Positions 1 through 10,467 are shown, counted from the stretch's first letter. The stretch: 64,000 nucleotides of DNA from an uncultured Bacteroidota bacterium (GCA_963808135.1 CAWEFA010000124.1:62101-126100); one strand, 5' to 3'. The notes: generated by a model not told the origin, from the letters alone. Numbers and translations: made by a program.

Positions 1-858
1 GGAGCCCAGGTCTTTTCTTATCTTTCTGATTACTCTTTTTTGCGCTTCGGTAAGCTCGAACTTCAGGTTGTTTTTATAAAATGTGTTAAGATATTCGCCA
101 ACTTTAGTAAATGTAAAACCTTTACGGGTTGTTTCGCGTGTAATTTTTTGCTTTAGCAGGCTAAGCTGGATTACAAACAATTCTTCAAATTTCAACCTGT
201 ATTCGGCTTTACGAAGTAATTCAATGCTTTGCGGATAATGAATGTTTAACAAAGCATCGCGTAATGGAATAAGGCTGCACGTTTTTAATAAATGCCGGGG
301 CAAGGTTTCATTTACATCACCCAGATAATTTTTTAAAACCACGCCTATTAAACGATGGATTACCCTCGAAGTAAGGTAAGCCTCCTTCATCCGTTCGGAA
401 GTATTATAAAACGGTTGAAGCGCCAATTTAAAGGATTGCTCCTGCTTATCAGCTTCTTCTATTTCGGGATGCGGAATATTAAACCGTAATCCGAAAATAC
501 CGGGTTTACCATATATTATATAGTTTATTCCCGGTTTATAGGTTTGTTGTATCCATTTCGTGCCTTTGAACCAAACCAGTTCTATTTCCCCGGTACCATC
601 AGTAAACCGTGCTGTAAGCCGCTTCTTATAACCTGTCCCGGCTTCGGCAAAACCTTTAATTTGGCCTGTTAATTGAATATAAGGTAAATCGGGAGTGAGT
701 TCTGAAATTTTATAAAAATGCGTCCGGTCAGTATGTTTATAAGGAAAATAATGAAGCAAATCCTCCAAAGTATAAACCGAAATATCGTTGTTAAGCATTT
801 CCGCCCTTTTAGGCCCAACGCCGGGCAAATACTTAACATCCTGAAGAAGCTTGTTCAT
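1..858 (-). CDS. recG: ATP-dependent DNA helicase RecG, 5' part (gene runs off the left edge)
   Basis: Own translation of the reverse strand from the ATG at 856-858 gives MNKLLQDVKYLPGVGPKRAEMLNNDISVYTLEDLLHYFPYKHTDRT...GEIELVWFKG...FELTEAQKRVIRKIRKDLGS. The frame is open to position 1. It is absent from the ORF track because no stop lies in the window. Confidence 0.8.
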   Translation of the reverse strand, partial: MNKLLQDVKYLPGVGPKRAEMLNNDISVYTLEDLLHYFPYKHTDRTHFYKISELTPDLPYIQLTGQIKGFAEAGTGYKKRLTARFTDGTGEIELVWFKGTKWIQQTYKPGINYIIYGKPGIFGLRFNIPHPEIEEADKQEQSFKLALQPFYNTSERMKEAYLTSRVIHRLIGVVLKNYLGDVNETLPRHLLKTCSLIPLRDALLNIHYPQSIELLRKAEYRLKFEELFVIQLSLLKQKITRETTRKGFTFTKVGEYLNTFYKNNLKFELTEAQKRVIRKIRKDLGS

Positions 859-904
859 TTACATTTTCTTATTGGGTTAAATCCACATTGATTAGGTTGT
901 ATAA

Positions 905-1165
905 AAAGTCTTTGCGGAGCTTTGGGCTTGCTTAGCGTGGCTTTGCGTGATAATTACAAATAGCTGTTACGCAGAGTTTCGCAAAGCAGACGCAAAGTTA
1001 CGGATTAAGAGGAAAAGTTGGGGGCTAAAAATTTGAATTTATGTTTATCAACCACCCCTACCCCTCCTTAAAAAGGAGGGGAAACTGCTGCACTGCGCTG
1101 TTATAGCCCCTTTTTAAGGGGTTGGGGTTAGAATTTCATTTAATCAATCCTCCCCAACTTTTCCG
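905..1165. repeat. Intergenic nested inverted-repeat element
   Basis: CTTTGCG at 910-916 and 941-947 is mirrored by CGCAAAG at 980-986 and 991-997. GGAAAAGTTGGGG at 1011-1023 is mirrored by CCCCAACTTTTCC at 1152-1164. Inside lie the mini-hairpins CCCCTCCTT/AAGGAGGGG (1061-1081) and CCCCTT/AAGGGG (1107-1121). Confidence 0.5.
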
Positions 1166-1325
1166 ATTGTTCCATAGCTACCCAAAGAATTTTTTTATTT
1201 ATTGTATATATTATTACTTTTTTGGACAACCTCATCAGTAATCAGCCAGATTTATTCGCTAAAACCGAGTTTAATTATTATCAGGAAAGTTTAATAATTT
1301 TTCAAATATTTATACTTATCTCTTT

Positions 1326-2087
1326 TTATTGGTGAACGAAGCGGTCGGTTCCAGATTCAATAGTATCGCCAGTGTTATAATTAATCAAGAAATAATTAAC
1401 AGTTATTGTTCCATTGCATAAACTATAATATCCTTTGCCATTTGCTATGACTAATTCACCATTATACACATATGGCGGATTATTGACTAACATTGTAATG
1501 ATTTCATTCTTATCTTTGCTAATAGCATACATTTGATTCCAACCATTAAGGTGAAAATCATCGATTATAAATATATCTCCGCCCACATATGAAAAATTGG
1601 CAATGTAAGGGACTAAACTGGTACCATCCGTTAAATTTGTTTCGTAACATTTATATTTTCCAACAAACAGGGCAGTGTCAAAAGCTTTATAACATGCCAC
1701 TTTCTTTATTACAAATGTATCGATTATTCCTGAATCGCCTGCCCATGTGATTTCGCGCACTGCTATGGCAGCGCTTGTATCGGATTTGGAATTTGCAGTA
1801 ACTTCAATTCTATATGGATGGTAATGCAAGGGATCCTTATTAATTGTATCCTGACTGATAGTAATCGGCCCCCTTAATATTCTCCAAATGTACTTTGAAC
1901 CTCCCCTCGGGATAGCAAGATATTGATAGCTTGTACTGTCATTTCCCTTAACGGAATCGGGGCCGGTTATTCGTTGTATACCTGCTTCAATGTTTTGCCA
2001 ATTGTAAGCTTTTTCTTTTTTGCACGAAGAAACAACGGCAATTATGAAAGCTCCGGTAATTATCAAATATAAAATATATTTCTTCAT
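1326..2087 (-). CDS. Hypothetical lipoprotein (last gene of the SusC/SusD-like locus)
   Basis: 253-aa ORF with a signal peptide ending in the lipobox-like VVSSC. No catalytic motif recognised. Confidence 0.6.
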   Translation of the reverse strand: MKKYILYLIITGAFIIAVVSSCKKEKAYNWQNIEAGIQRITGPDSVKGNDSTSYQYLAIPRGGSKYIWRILRGPITISQDTINKDPLHYHPYRIEVTANSKSDTSAAIAVREITWAGDSGIIDTFVIKKVACYKAFDTALFVGKYKCYETNLTDGTSLVPYIANFSYVGGDIFIIDDFHLNGWNQMYAISKDKNEIITMLVNNPPYVYNGELVIANGKGYYSLCNGTITVNYFLINYNTGDTIESGTDRFVHQ

Positions 2088-2095
2088 ATTTTAAT

Positions 2096-2824
2096 TTATA
2101 TTTTCTTTTTACTTATAACATTATTCATTCTAAATTTCATCCCATCGCTACCTTTGCGTTTAATTACACATTTTTTTGTTCCTGATGCGACCACTTTATA
2201 TGGAATGTCAAATTGCATTGCTGCAATTCTCATATATAAATATCCTGCACCCATACTTAGTTCTTCGCTGCCATAAGCGCCGCCGTCTTCAAATGCAAGG
2301 ACTGCTTTGTAACTGCCAGTTATACTGTCAACCGTAAAACTGTTTGTAAAATAATATTCCAGGTTACTTTTTAAAGGCAGCGAGGAAGTTGTATAAATAT
2401 ATTGTTTATTGCTTTCCGCAGTGAAACTTAAATTCAGCGTCCAAACGAGATTGCTTTGCATGTCTAATTCGGTTTTTGAATAATTGCAGCTTTCATCATA
2501 ACAAAATTCTTTGTAATTAAGCTTAATTATTCCTGTAAAGGTAGCTGTATCATTAGGCAAATATTTAGGTGTGTCTGCGGATAAATGTGTGCTTTTATCG
2601 AGGTAGTAAATTAGCTGTCCTATGCAAATTTCGCTAATCTTTCCATAGGAATTGGTATCTTTCCAGCAAAGGTTCACGGTAGTCGATTTTGAAGTATCAA
2701 CTTTAAATGACGATGTATCGCTTGGCAAAGTTGCAATTGCTTTGTTATTGTCGGTGTTTTTTGTACAAGCGTTGATTCCTAACAACATCAGGAAATAAAT
2801 TATAATTGGTACATAATTATTCAT
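2096..2824 (-). CDS. Hypothetical lipoprotein preceded by the conserved leader
   Basis: 242-aa ORF with a signal peptide and a GINAC lipobox. It ends 8 nt upstream of the next ORF. Confidence 0.6.
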   Translation of the reverse strand: MNNYVPIIIYFLMLLGINACTKNTDNNKAIATLPSDTSSFKVDTSKSTTVNLCWKDTNSYGKISEICIGQLIYYLDKSTHLSADTPKYLPNDTATFTGIIKLNYKEFCYDESCNYSKTELDMQSNLVWTLNLSFTAESNKQYIYTTSSLPLKSNLEYYFTNSFTVDSITGSYKAVLAFEDGGAYGSEELSMGAGYLYMRIAAMQFDIPYKVVASGTKKCVIKRKGSDGMKFRMNNVISKKKI

Positions 2825-2915
2825 ACGTAAATAATTTTATTTTTTATGGTCGTATGGAACACCCATATTATCTTCATTCGTGTTTGCGAATAACAGAACC
2901 GTGGGTGTTTCATAT
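2825..2915 (-). promoter_or_regulatory. Conserved ~91-nt leader, copy A (paralogous copy at 51790-51880)
   Basis: Roughly 94 percent identical to copy B by eye (5 substitutions and 1 indel). Both copies abut the ATG of a minus-strand outer-membrane gene. Contains the inverted repeat ATGGAACACCCA (2854-2865) / TGGGTGTTTCAT (2902-2913). Confidence 0.6.
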
Positions 2916-2979
2916 TATATTTCCTCAAATTTTATTAAGTCTTTTAAATGTCCCGTTACAGTATATTAAATAATAAACC

Positions 2980-4576
2980 TTACTTTGATAATTCACACCA
3001 TCCTAAATTTGCACAGGCTGCTGGATCGATACCGTTGGAAGTGCCATCTTCGCCGGCATGCGAAACACCTCCAAAAGTATAATATGGAAATTGAAGTGTT
3101 TCCAATTCCCTTCCCGGTATAGGATAATGAAGAAACGTGCCTTTTTGTAACATATTCCTGCGGCGCATATCGCAAAAGCCAACCATAAAACCTTGTGCCA
3201 ATAGCTCTATTTCCCTTTCATAAAATATTGCATTAAGAACATCCGTTTCTGTAGCGGTACTGGGAATGACACTTAAGCGGCCCCTATTAAGTCTTGGATT
3301 ATTATTATCGTTAAGAATAGCTAAAGCTTTATCTTTTTGTCCAGTCATAATATAAGCTTCGGCCATATATAAATCGTTTTCATATTTTCTGTAATCATAT
3401 AACTGGCCAATGCCATTTCCATTTACCGATAAATAAGGATACCTGACATACTGGTAGTGTGAGAAATAATAGTATCCCCTTGATGCATAAAACCCATTGG
3501 AAGAAAAATATTTAAAATCTGTTGTGAGCCTGTAATCATTCGATTTTGCTTCACCAGCTTGTAAACCGGAATGTACCTGCCTGGGTATCCCATCGCTCCA
3601 ATAACGCGAAGGATAATCAGGGTCCATCAGATGGATAAGGCGGCAATCGACAAAAGCATAAGCATAAGCATTATTCATTGGATAATTGAGCCCTAAAAAA
3701 TTATTATCGTACCACCTTCCGCCATCAATAGATAATGCATCCCCGATTGGCCCGAAATCTTCAGTTATCCCATTTTGAGCATGATATAGAACTGTATCCC
3801 AGTTAACGTTTTTGTTCTCTATCTCTGTTCTGGGAGTTAAAGCGAGAAAACGCGCGATATACGAGTGTGATAAACGCCCCAATTTAGTATTTGATAAAAC
3901 AACGCCATTTACAACTGTAGAATTACCGAATTGGAAATTAGCTGTGTCGCAAATGAAAATTACTTTTTCCAATGATTCAATAGCAGCGCTCATTACTTCA
4001 GGGTAATTCGAATAATTGGGCAATTTCACTGAACCTAAATCAGTATTTTCTTTCAAAATAATAGCCCTGTCGAAGCATAACCCCAACTGGCCCAGTATAA
4101 CACCCTGCAAATAATAACATAAAGCCAGTATGGCAGCGTTGTCTTTTCCATTCGTCCCAAGTTTCATGTTTTTATAAATAATTTCAGAGATTATAGGATT
4201 TACCGTTCCGCTCAATACGCTATACATCCCATAATAAAAATTCTCCGTAACATGATCATTATCAGCGCTAATTGTATTGTCCCATGGTATGCGGGGTTCC
4301 ATGCCAACATATCCCCATGCATAATTGTACCAGCTTGAATGTGTACTGATTGGCAGCTACAAGCGATGTAGCATAAAGATTGGCTTTAACATTTACACCA
4401 TTTATCAAATTACCATGTGTAACCTGCCAATATGATAAAAATGCATTTTTCGCAAGCGTTTCTATTTTAATCGGATTTGAAAACACGCTGCTTCTGTCAG
4501 GATTATTTGTGTCAACAACATTGAGGTTGCATGAGTAAATAGTTAGAAGGAATATTATGCAAAAATATTTTCCCAT
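2980..4576 (-). pseudogene. SusD/RagB-family lipoprotein with one frame disruption (fragments 4268-4576 and 2980-4302)
   Basis: The N-terminal ORF has a lipoprotein signal (LTIYSC). The second frame continues ...SSWYNYAWGYVGMEPRIPWDN... to a SusD-like C-terminus. It lies directly downstream of the SusC-like gene. Total length is 1 mod 3. Confidence 0.75.
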
Positions 4577-4589
4577 ATATAATAATTTA

Positions 4590-7500
4590 TTAAAATTTTA
4601 ATTCCAATGATACTGTAATTGTCCTGTAATTAGGATAATTAAATATATCAATAACATAATTTGTAAGATCGTTGCCTGATGAAACTTCAGGGTCCCACCC
4701 GGTATATTTTGTAAAGGTAAGAAGGTTACGGCCTAAAATTCCAATCTTCCCTTCCTTAATAAACCCGAAACGGGTGTTTGACAAAAACTTTCCGCCAAAA
4801 TCGTAATATAAACCCAATTCCCTTAGTTTTAGAAATGATGCGTCTTCAACAAAATAAGTATTTGCCTGCCTGGCATCATAAAATACAGAATAATAATCAA
4901 TAGTTTTCTTTTCATATTCAGGCTTCCCGTATTGATCGCATACGCCTGCCTTTTGGTCCAAAAATAAATATTGCTTTGTCATATTGTAAATATTCCCGCC
5001 ATTTTTCCAGTTCCACAGCATATTTAACGATAAATGTTTCCATGTTATAGTAGTTGAAAACGACATATTAAATCTCGGGTTCATATCGGCGATTTTAACA
5101 AAGTCAGGAGAATTGTCATTATTTTGGTCTAACGCAATAGGGGCTTCAAATTGAGTGCCTTCCGTACCTTTAAGAATAACATAGCCGTCAGAATTAACCT
5201 TATAATCGTTAATGCTTTTTCCCTGGGGAAGCTGATGTTCCATCTGTTGTAACGATTTTACCCAATCGTAACCATACATAATTCCAAAAGGCTCTCCTGC
5301 TTTTATATAAAAATAAGGCGCTTCTTCCGGGCCAGTTTGAAAAGGAGGAACATTTAATGCATCAACAATTTGGCTCATTTTATCAAAACTTACATTTATA
5401 TTCCAATTCAAGTCTTTTGATTTGATAGCCTGCACGCCCAATGTACACTCGAATGAAGTACTTTTTAAAGAAGCGGCATTTTGCCATTGGTATTCAAAAC
5501 TTGTAACCGCCGGAAGAGGAACTGGTACGAAAGCCCTCGTAGTTTTGTTATTTGATAATATAACTTCTGCTTCGAAACGGTCAAAAAAATCAGAACTTAT
5601 AGCAAATTCCGTTTCCTGTGTTTCAGATGGTTTTAAATTTTTATTCCCTGAAGTAGCAGGTACCAGAGAGCCAACAGAAGATATAGCATATGTCTCATAC
5701 TGGTATTCGAATTCAGGTCTTTGACCTGAAGTGCCTACAGATGCCCTGAGTTTTAATTCCTGTACATTTGGTATTTTTAAATCGTCGCCAATCCTGTATG
5801 CGCCTGATATCCTGTAATATGGGTTCCAACGGCTGTTAGAGCCAAACAATGAAGAACCATCGTACCTGTAAAGCATCGAAGTCATTAGTTTTCCTTTGTA
5901 ATCAAGATCCAAAATTCCAAAATAGTTCTCTGCAATAGTTTTAATATATTGAGAACCAAGCGTTTTATTTCCAGTAATAGCATTAAGGGCCGATACACCT
6001 GAAGAAGCAAAATCGAGCCCACTAGCATAAAACGGGTCTGATGAATAATTCTCTAAAAGGTAGCAAAATTTAGCCTTAGTTGTAAAATTTCCAAATATCT
6101 GGTTTATATTTAAGGTTGTTTGAATTGTTTGGCTTAAACTTCCACCACTTTCTCTTTCTTCAAACCCATTCTGTTCGCTTCCGCCATTGCCCATATAACC
6201 TACGCTATCGAAATCGGTATACGAAATATACGTTTTTTCAAAACTATAGTCTGCATCCGCTTCCATCCACTTTAACATATTATACTTAACCGAAATATTC
6301 TGCATTATTTCGTCCCTATCTGTTGTTCGCTGATCATAATATAATGAATGTTTAGGGTTTCCTGCTAATGCCCAATTATCAGGTTTAAAATAATATTTTT
6401 TTAACAGCATGGTATCCGGGGCATTCATGTTTAAATTAACATCGGGGTTCATAAACAACACATCTGAAAAAGCGCTTGAAGCGCCCCCGCCATCATTTAC
6501 CGTTTCGCCTCCATTAGGTAAATCAAGTTGTGTTTGCGAAATAAAAGTACTGGTCGATAATTTAACATTACTATATACATTGCAATCGATGTTAAAGCGG
6601 AAATTTTGCTTGTCTAAACCTTTTTTGCTGAAAACAATCCCGGAATTATGGTTGTTTTCAAACGAGGCCATAATACTTGTTTTATTGTTATTATTGGCAA
6701 TTGAAACAAAATTGGTATAAAAATTCCCATTTGGGAATATCTCTTTTTGCAGGTCATTATTAAAAGAATAAGGATTATCGGCATAATGATCGTAATCAAG
6801 TTTTCTGGATCCCTGAATCCTGGGATCTCCACCCCCATGATAATCTGCCGGATAAATTACTCCGTCGACAGATCCGTCAGGAAGAATTTGCCCATAGTAT
6901 TTAGTATAATCTTTCTGTTTGTAATCATCGGCAAGCATATAAGGATGGTGTTCTGCAAGGTTAATTTCTTTAATCAGGCTCGAAACACCATATTCGTTTC
7001 TTACTTTAATTTCAGTATTGCCCTCAGAAACTGAACCTCCCCTTTTAGTTGTAATAACTATAACGCCGCTGCCAGCACGGGAGCCATAAAGCGCTGATGC
7101 AGCGGCGCCTTTAACTACCTGCATATCGGCAATATCATCGACATTTATATCGGAAAGTTCGCCTTCCATCATTACGCCATCTACGATTATTAAAGGACTT
7201 TGTGTACTAAGAAGTGAAGTAGAACCTCTTAACCGTATCCCGGCAGTTTGCCCCGGATTTCCGCTCGCGTTAACGACAACAAGCCCTGCTACTTTTCCCT
7301 GAAGGGCAGTTGCAGCAGATGTAGCCGGAACTTTTTCAAGTTCATCGGAACCAACTTTGCTTACTGAAACACTTAGCTTGCGTTTTGGCGTAGCGCTGGC
7401 TACACCGGCTACCACAACTTCTTCCATTTTAAATACATCTGCGCCCAGTGTAACATTTATTGTTGTTTGATCCGATATAACAAATTCCTGTGGTTTCATT

Positions 7501-7724
7501 CCAACAAAACTAAAAACCAGGGTAGCGCCCTTATTTACGTTAATTTTGTATTTTCCGTCAATATCGGTCATTGTGCCGGTTGTAGTGCCTTTTATTATAA
7601 CGGCAGCCCCCGGTAATCCTAAGTTGTCATCGGAGCTTATAACAGTTCCTGTAATTGTAATTTGCGCTATAGCTAAACTTTTTAGGATAATTATAAATAA
7701 GAGTAGTAGTCCTGATTTTTTCAT
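4590..7724 (-). CDS. SusC/RagA-family TonB-dependent outer-membrane receptor
   Basis: 1044 aa. Signal peptide, CarboxypepD_reg-like N-terminus (ITITGTVISSDDNLGLPGAAVIIKGTTTGTMTDIDGKYKINV), plug region and a C-terminal ...SLELKF. Confidence 0.9.
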   Translation of the reverse strand: MKKSGLLLLFIIILKSLAIAQITITGTVISSDDNLGLPGAAVIIKGTTTGTMTDIDGKYKINVNKGATLVFSFVGMKPQEFVISDQTTINVTLGADVFKMEEVVVAGVASATPKRKLSVSVSKVGSDELEKVPATSAATALQGKVAGLVVVNASGNPGQTAGIRLRGSTSLLSTQSPLIIVDGVMMEGELSDINVDDIADMQVVKGAAASALYGSRAGSGVIVITTKRGGSVSEGNTEIKVRNEYGVSSLIKEINLAEHHPYMLADDYKQKDYTKYYGQILPDGSVDGVIYPADYHGGGDPRIQGSRKLDYDHYADNPYSFNNDLQKEIFPNGNFYTNFVSIANNNNKTSIMASFENNHNSGIVFSKKGLDKQNFRFNIDCNVYSNVKLSTSTFISQTQLDLPNGGETVNDGGGASSAFSDVLFMNPDVNLNMNAPDTMLLKKYYFKPDNWALAGNPKHSLYYDQRTTDRDEIMQNISVKYNMLKWMEADADYSFEKTYISYTDFDSVGYMGNGGSEQNGFEERESGGSLSQTIQTTLNINQIFGNFTTKAKFCYLLENYSSDPFYASGLDFASSGVSALNAITGNKTLGSQYIKTIAENYFGILDLDYKGKLMTSMLYRYDGSSLFGSNSRWNPYYRISGAYRIGDDLKIPNVQELKLRASVGTSGQRPEFEYQYETYAISSVGSLVPATSGNKNLKPSETQETEFAISSDFFDRFEAEVILSNNKTTRAFVPVPLPAVTSFEYQWQNAASLKSTSFECTLGVQAIKSKDLNWNINVSFDKMSQIVDALNVPPFQTGPEEAPYFYIKAGEPFGIMYGYDWVKSLQQMEHQLPQGKSINDYKVNSDGYVILKGTEGTQFEAPIALDQNNDNSPDFVKIADMNPRFNMSFSTTITWKHLSLNMLWNWKNGGNIYNMTKQYLFLDQKAGVCDQYGKPEYEKKTIDYYSVFYDARQANTYFVEDASFLKLRELGLYYDFGGKFLSNTRFGFIKEGKIGILGRNLLTFTKYTGWDPEVSSGNDLTNYVIDIFNYPNYRTITVSLELKF

Positions 7725-7937
7725 ATTAAGTATTCTTAAAATATGTTAATACAATATTAAGGATATTTTTTCATCCATGCAAAAATGAATAAACTGGTTT
7801 TATTGAATTTGTATAATATTATCGATTTAGAATTTTATATTATGAAAAAGCAAATTCCTGAATCACTGAAATGTTCTTGAAAGTACTATTTATATTGATA
7901 TTTTGAATTTATTTGGGCAATAAGATTATTAAAGTAA

Positions 7938-9107
7938 TTAATATTCAAACTCTCCAAACTCACTTTTAATTATTAAGCTTTTACCGTCGGAAATTTCACA
8001 ATGGCCTACAATCTTTGCTTCGATATTAAATTTTTCTGAAATTTTAATTATTTCTTCTGCAGTTGCAATGTCGGTATAAATTTCAAAACGGTGTCCCATG
8101 TTAAATACCCTGAACATTTCTTTCCATTCAGTATGGCTCTGTTCGCGGATAATATGGAATAAAGGCGGCAAAGGAAACATATTGTTTTTTACTACCCTGA
8201 TATTGTCAATGAAATTTAGAATTTTTGTTTGCGCCCCTCCCGAGCAATGAACCATTCCGTGTATTCTGGAACGATAATCCCGCAACACTTCCAATATTAC
8301 CGGGGCGTATGTCCGCGTTGGGGAAAGCGCCAATTTACCTGCATCGATACCAATTTCTTCAATTTTATCTGTGAGTTTAAATTGACCGGAATAAACCAAA
8401 TTACCCGGTATCGTTGGATCGAAGCTTTCAGGATATTTTGTGGCCAAATAATTTGCAAACACATCGTGGCGGGCAGAAGTAAGCCCATTGCTTCCGATGC
8501 CGCTATTATATTCTTTCTCATACGAAGCTTTGCCGGTGGACGATAACCCAACTATAACATCGCCCGGCCTGATATTGCCATTATCAATAACTTCGTTTCT
8601 TTTCAACCGGCATACCATTGTTGAATCGACAATGATTGTGCGCACCAGGTCTCCGACATCGGCAGTTTCGCCGCCGCTAAAATGAATATCGATGCCAAGA
8701 TTTCCCAATTCAGTAATAAATTCTTCCGTACCATTGATGATAGCTGAAATTACTTCACCGGGAACCATGTTTTTATTACGACCAATGGTAGAAGACAATA
8801 AAAAATTGCCGGTTGCGCCAACACAAATAAGGTCATCGAGGTTCATAACAATGGCATCCTGGGCTATGCCTTTCCATACGGATATATCGCCGGTTTCTTT
8901 CCAATAAATATATGCAAGGGACGATTTTGTCCCCGCGCCATCGGCATGCATGATATTGCAGTATTCAGGGTTGTTGCCGAGAATATCGAGGATAATTTTG
9001 CAAAAAGCTTTAGGGTAAAGGCCTTTATCAATATGCTTTATTGCATTATGAACATCTTCTTTCGAAGCCGATACACCACGCAAGTTGTAACGCGAGTTTA
9101 CAGACAT
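7938..9107 (-). CDS. purM: AIR-synthase-family protein (phosphoribosylformylglycinamidine cyclo-ligase-like)
   Basis: 389 aa. PurM-like motifs DGAGTK, GGETA and SNGLTS. Confidence 0.65.
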   Translation of the reverse strand: MSVNSRYNLRGVSASKEDVHNAIKHIDKGLYPKAFCKIILDILGNNPEYCNIMHADGAGTKSSLAYIYWKETGDISVWKGIAQDAIVMNLDDLICVGATGNFLLSSTIGRNKNMVPGEVISAIINGTEEFITELGNLGIDIHFSGGETADVGDLVRTIIVDSTMVCRLKRNEVIDNGNIRPGDVIVGLSSTGKASYEKEYNSGIGSNGLTSARHDVFANYLATKYPESFDPTIPGNLVYSGQFKLTDKIEEIGIDAGKLALSPTRTYAPVILEVLRDYRSRIHGMVHCSGGAQTKILNFIDNIRVVKNNMFPLPPLFHIIREQSHTEWKEMFRVFNMGHRFEIYTDIATAEEIIKISEKFNIEAKIVGHCEISDGKSLIIKSEFGEFEY

Positions 9108-9192
9108 TTCTATTTTTATGGTTGAAATTCATGTAAAGATACTCACAGAAATTTGAGCCTTATTTTTTATTTGAAGAAATTTTACAAATATT

Positions 9193-10437
9193 TTAACTAT
9201 ACCTTATGGTTTCAGCCGGGCTGAATTTTGAAATAATGTATGAGGGGATAATAAGCATAAGCACGGTTAGCAAAATGCTTCCGAAGTTTAACGCCACAAT
9301 TTGCCAAAGGTTTAGGGCAATCGGGATATGGCCGATATAATAAGTGGCAGGGTCGAGTTTGAAAAAACCCGAATATTTTTGAAACAGGCAAATACCAATA
9401 CCAATGAGGTTACCCCAAAACAGCCCTTTTAGCACAAGAAACCCCGATTCAAATATAAACACTTCGCGAACACTTTTATTTTTTGCCCCCAAAGCCTTGA
9501 GTATGCCTATCATGTTTGTCCTGTCGAGTATAAGTATCAGTTGTCCCGAGATCATATTAAAACCGCTGACAGCAATCATAAGAATTAATATAATCAGCAC
9601 GTTAATATCCTGAAGGTTTAGCCAGTCGAAAATCTGGGGATATTTCTCTTTGATACTCATAACTCGCAGCGATTCGCCTTCTTCAGTGTAGCTATACCCG
9701 ACTATGTCGCTGACACGAATTGCCATTTCGTCGATTTTTTCAAATTCGCCTACATTTACCTCAAAACCGCTTATCTGATCATTATCCCAGTTATTAAGTT
9801 TACGGATATGCCCAATATCACAAAGAATAAATATTTTATCCATTTCCTCCACGCTTGTTTCGTAAATTCCACAAATGTTGAATTTTCGGGTTCTCGGAGG
9901 ATCCTGTACAAAATACATTACAAATGAATCGCCAAGCTTCAATTTAAGAAGTTTTGCTATATATTTTGAAATAACTACATTATTGGTTTTTACAGAATCC
10001 GTAACTTTAAATGTAGTTCCCTGGATAAGATTTTTTTTGAAAAAAGTCCAGTCAAAATCGCTGCCTACGCCTTTTAAAACTACACCCTGCATATCGGTTG
10101 CAGTTTTAATAATACCGGCTTTTGTGGCAAACTCCTGTACATGTTGTACGCCGGGCAATTTAATCAGCTCGGGCAAAAATTCCTGTTTGCAACTTATAGG
10201 TTTTGTTTCATAAGAAGTATTGGAATCGTAATTTACTATTTGAATATGCGATCCGAAACCCACAATTTTATTACGTATTTCCTTTTTAAAGCCAAACAAA
10301 ATAGCAATGGAAATAATCATAACCGCAATACAAAGCGCTATACCAAACACCGCAACACTTACAAGCGAATTTGATATATTGCGCGTGCCCTCCTTGAACG
10401 CCATCTGCCTGCGGGCTATAAAAAATTCTAATCTCAC
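9193..10437 (-). CDS. FtsX/LolC-LolE-family ABC transporter permease
   Basis: 414 aa. N-terminal TM segment, large periplasmic MacB-like domain and a C-terminal FtsX-type 3-TM bundle. Confidence 0.75.
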   Translation of the reverse strand: MRLEFFIARRQMAFKEGTRNISNSLVSVAVFGIALCIAVMIISIAILFGFKKEIRNKIVGFGSHIQIVNYDSNTSYETKPISCKQEFLPELIKLPGVQHVQEFATKAGIIKTATDMQGVVLKGVGSDFDWTFFKKNLIQGTTFKVTDSVKTNNVVISKYIAKLLKLKLGDSFVMYFVQDPPRTRKFNICGIYETSVEEMDKIFILCDIGHIRKLNNWDNDQISGFEVNVGEFEKIDEMAIRVSDIVGYSYTEEGESLRVMSIKEKYPQIFDWLNLQDINVLIILILMIAVSGFNMISGQLILILDRTNMIGILKALGAKNKSVREVFIFESGFLVLKGLFWGNLIGIGICLFQKYSGFFKLDPATYYIGHIPIALNLWQIVALNFGSILLTVLMLIIPSYIISKFSPAETIRYS

Positions 10438-10459
10438 AAACTATAATTTTGAATAGCTG

Positions 10460-10467
10460 CAAATGTA
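10460..10467 (-). promoter_or_regulatory. Candidate -7 box TACATTTG for the lolE-like gene
   Basis: Matches the Bacteroidota sigma-A -7 consensus TAnnTTTG. Lies 23 nt upstream of the ATG at 10437. Confidence 0.4.

Noticed and set aside
1107-1130. Telomere-like GGGGTTGGGGTT / possible G-quadruplex
   Set aside because: It has only two adjacent G4 tracts. It is better explained as one arm of the local hairpins in the nested-repeat element.
5422-7749. Small + strand ORFs inside the SusC-like gene, and similar antisense ORFs inside dnaK, purM, lolE, amt, the M16 peptidase, aconitase and recQ
   Set aside because: Each lies fully within and antisense to a long ORF with clear family motifs. None has a recognisable domain or start context.
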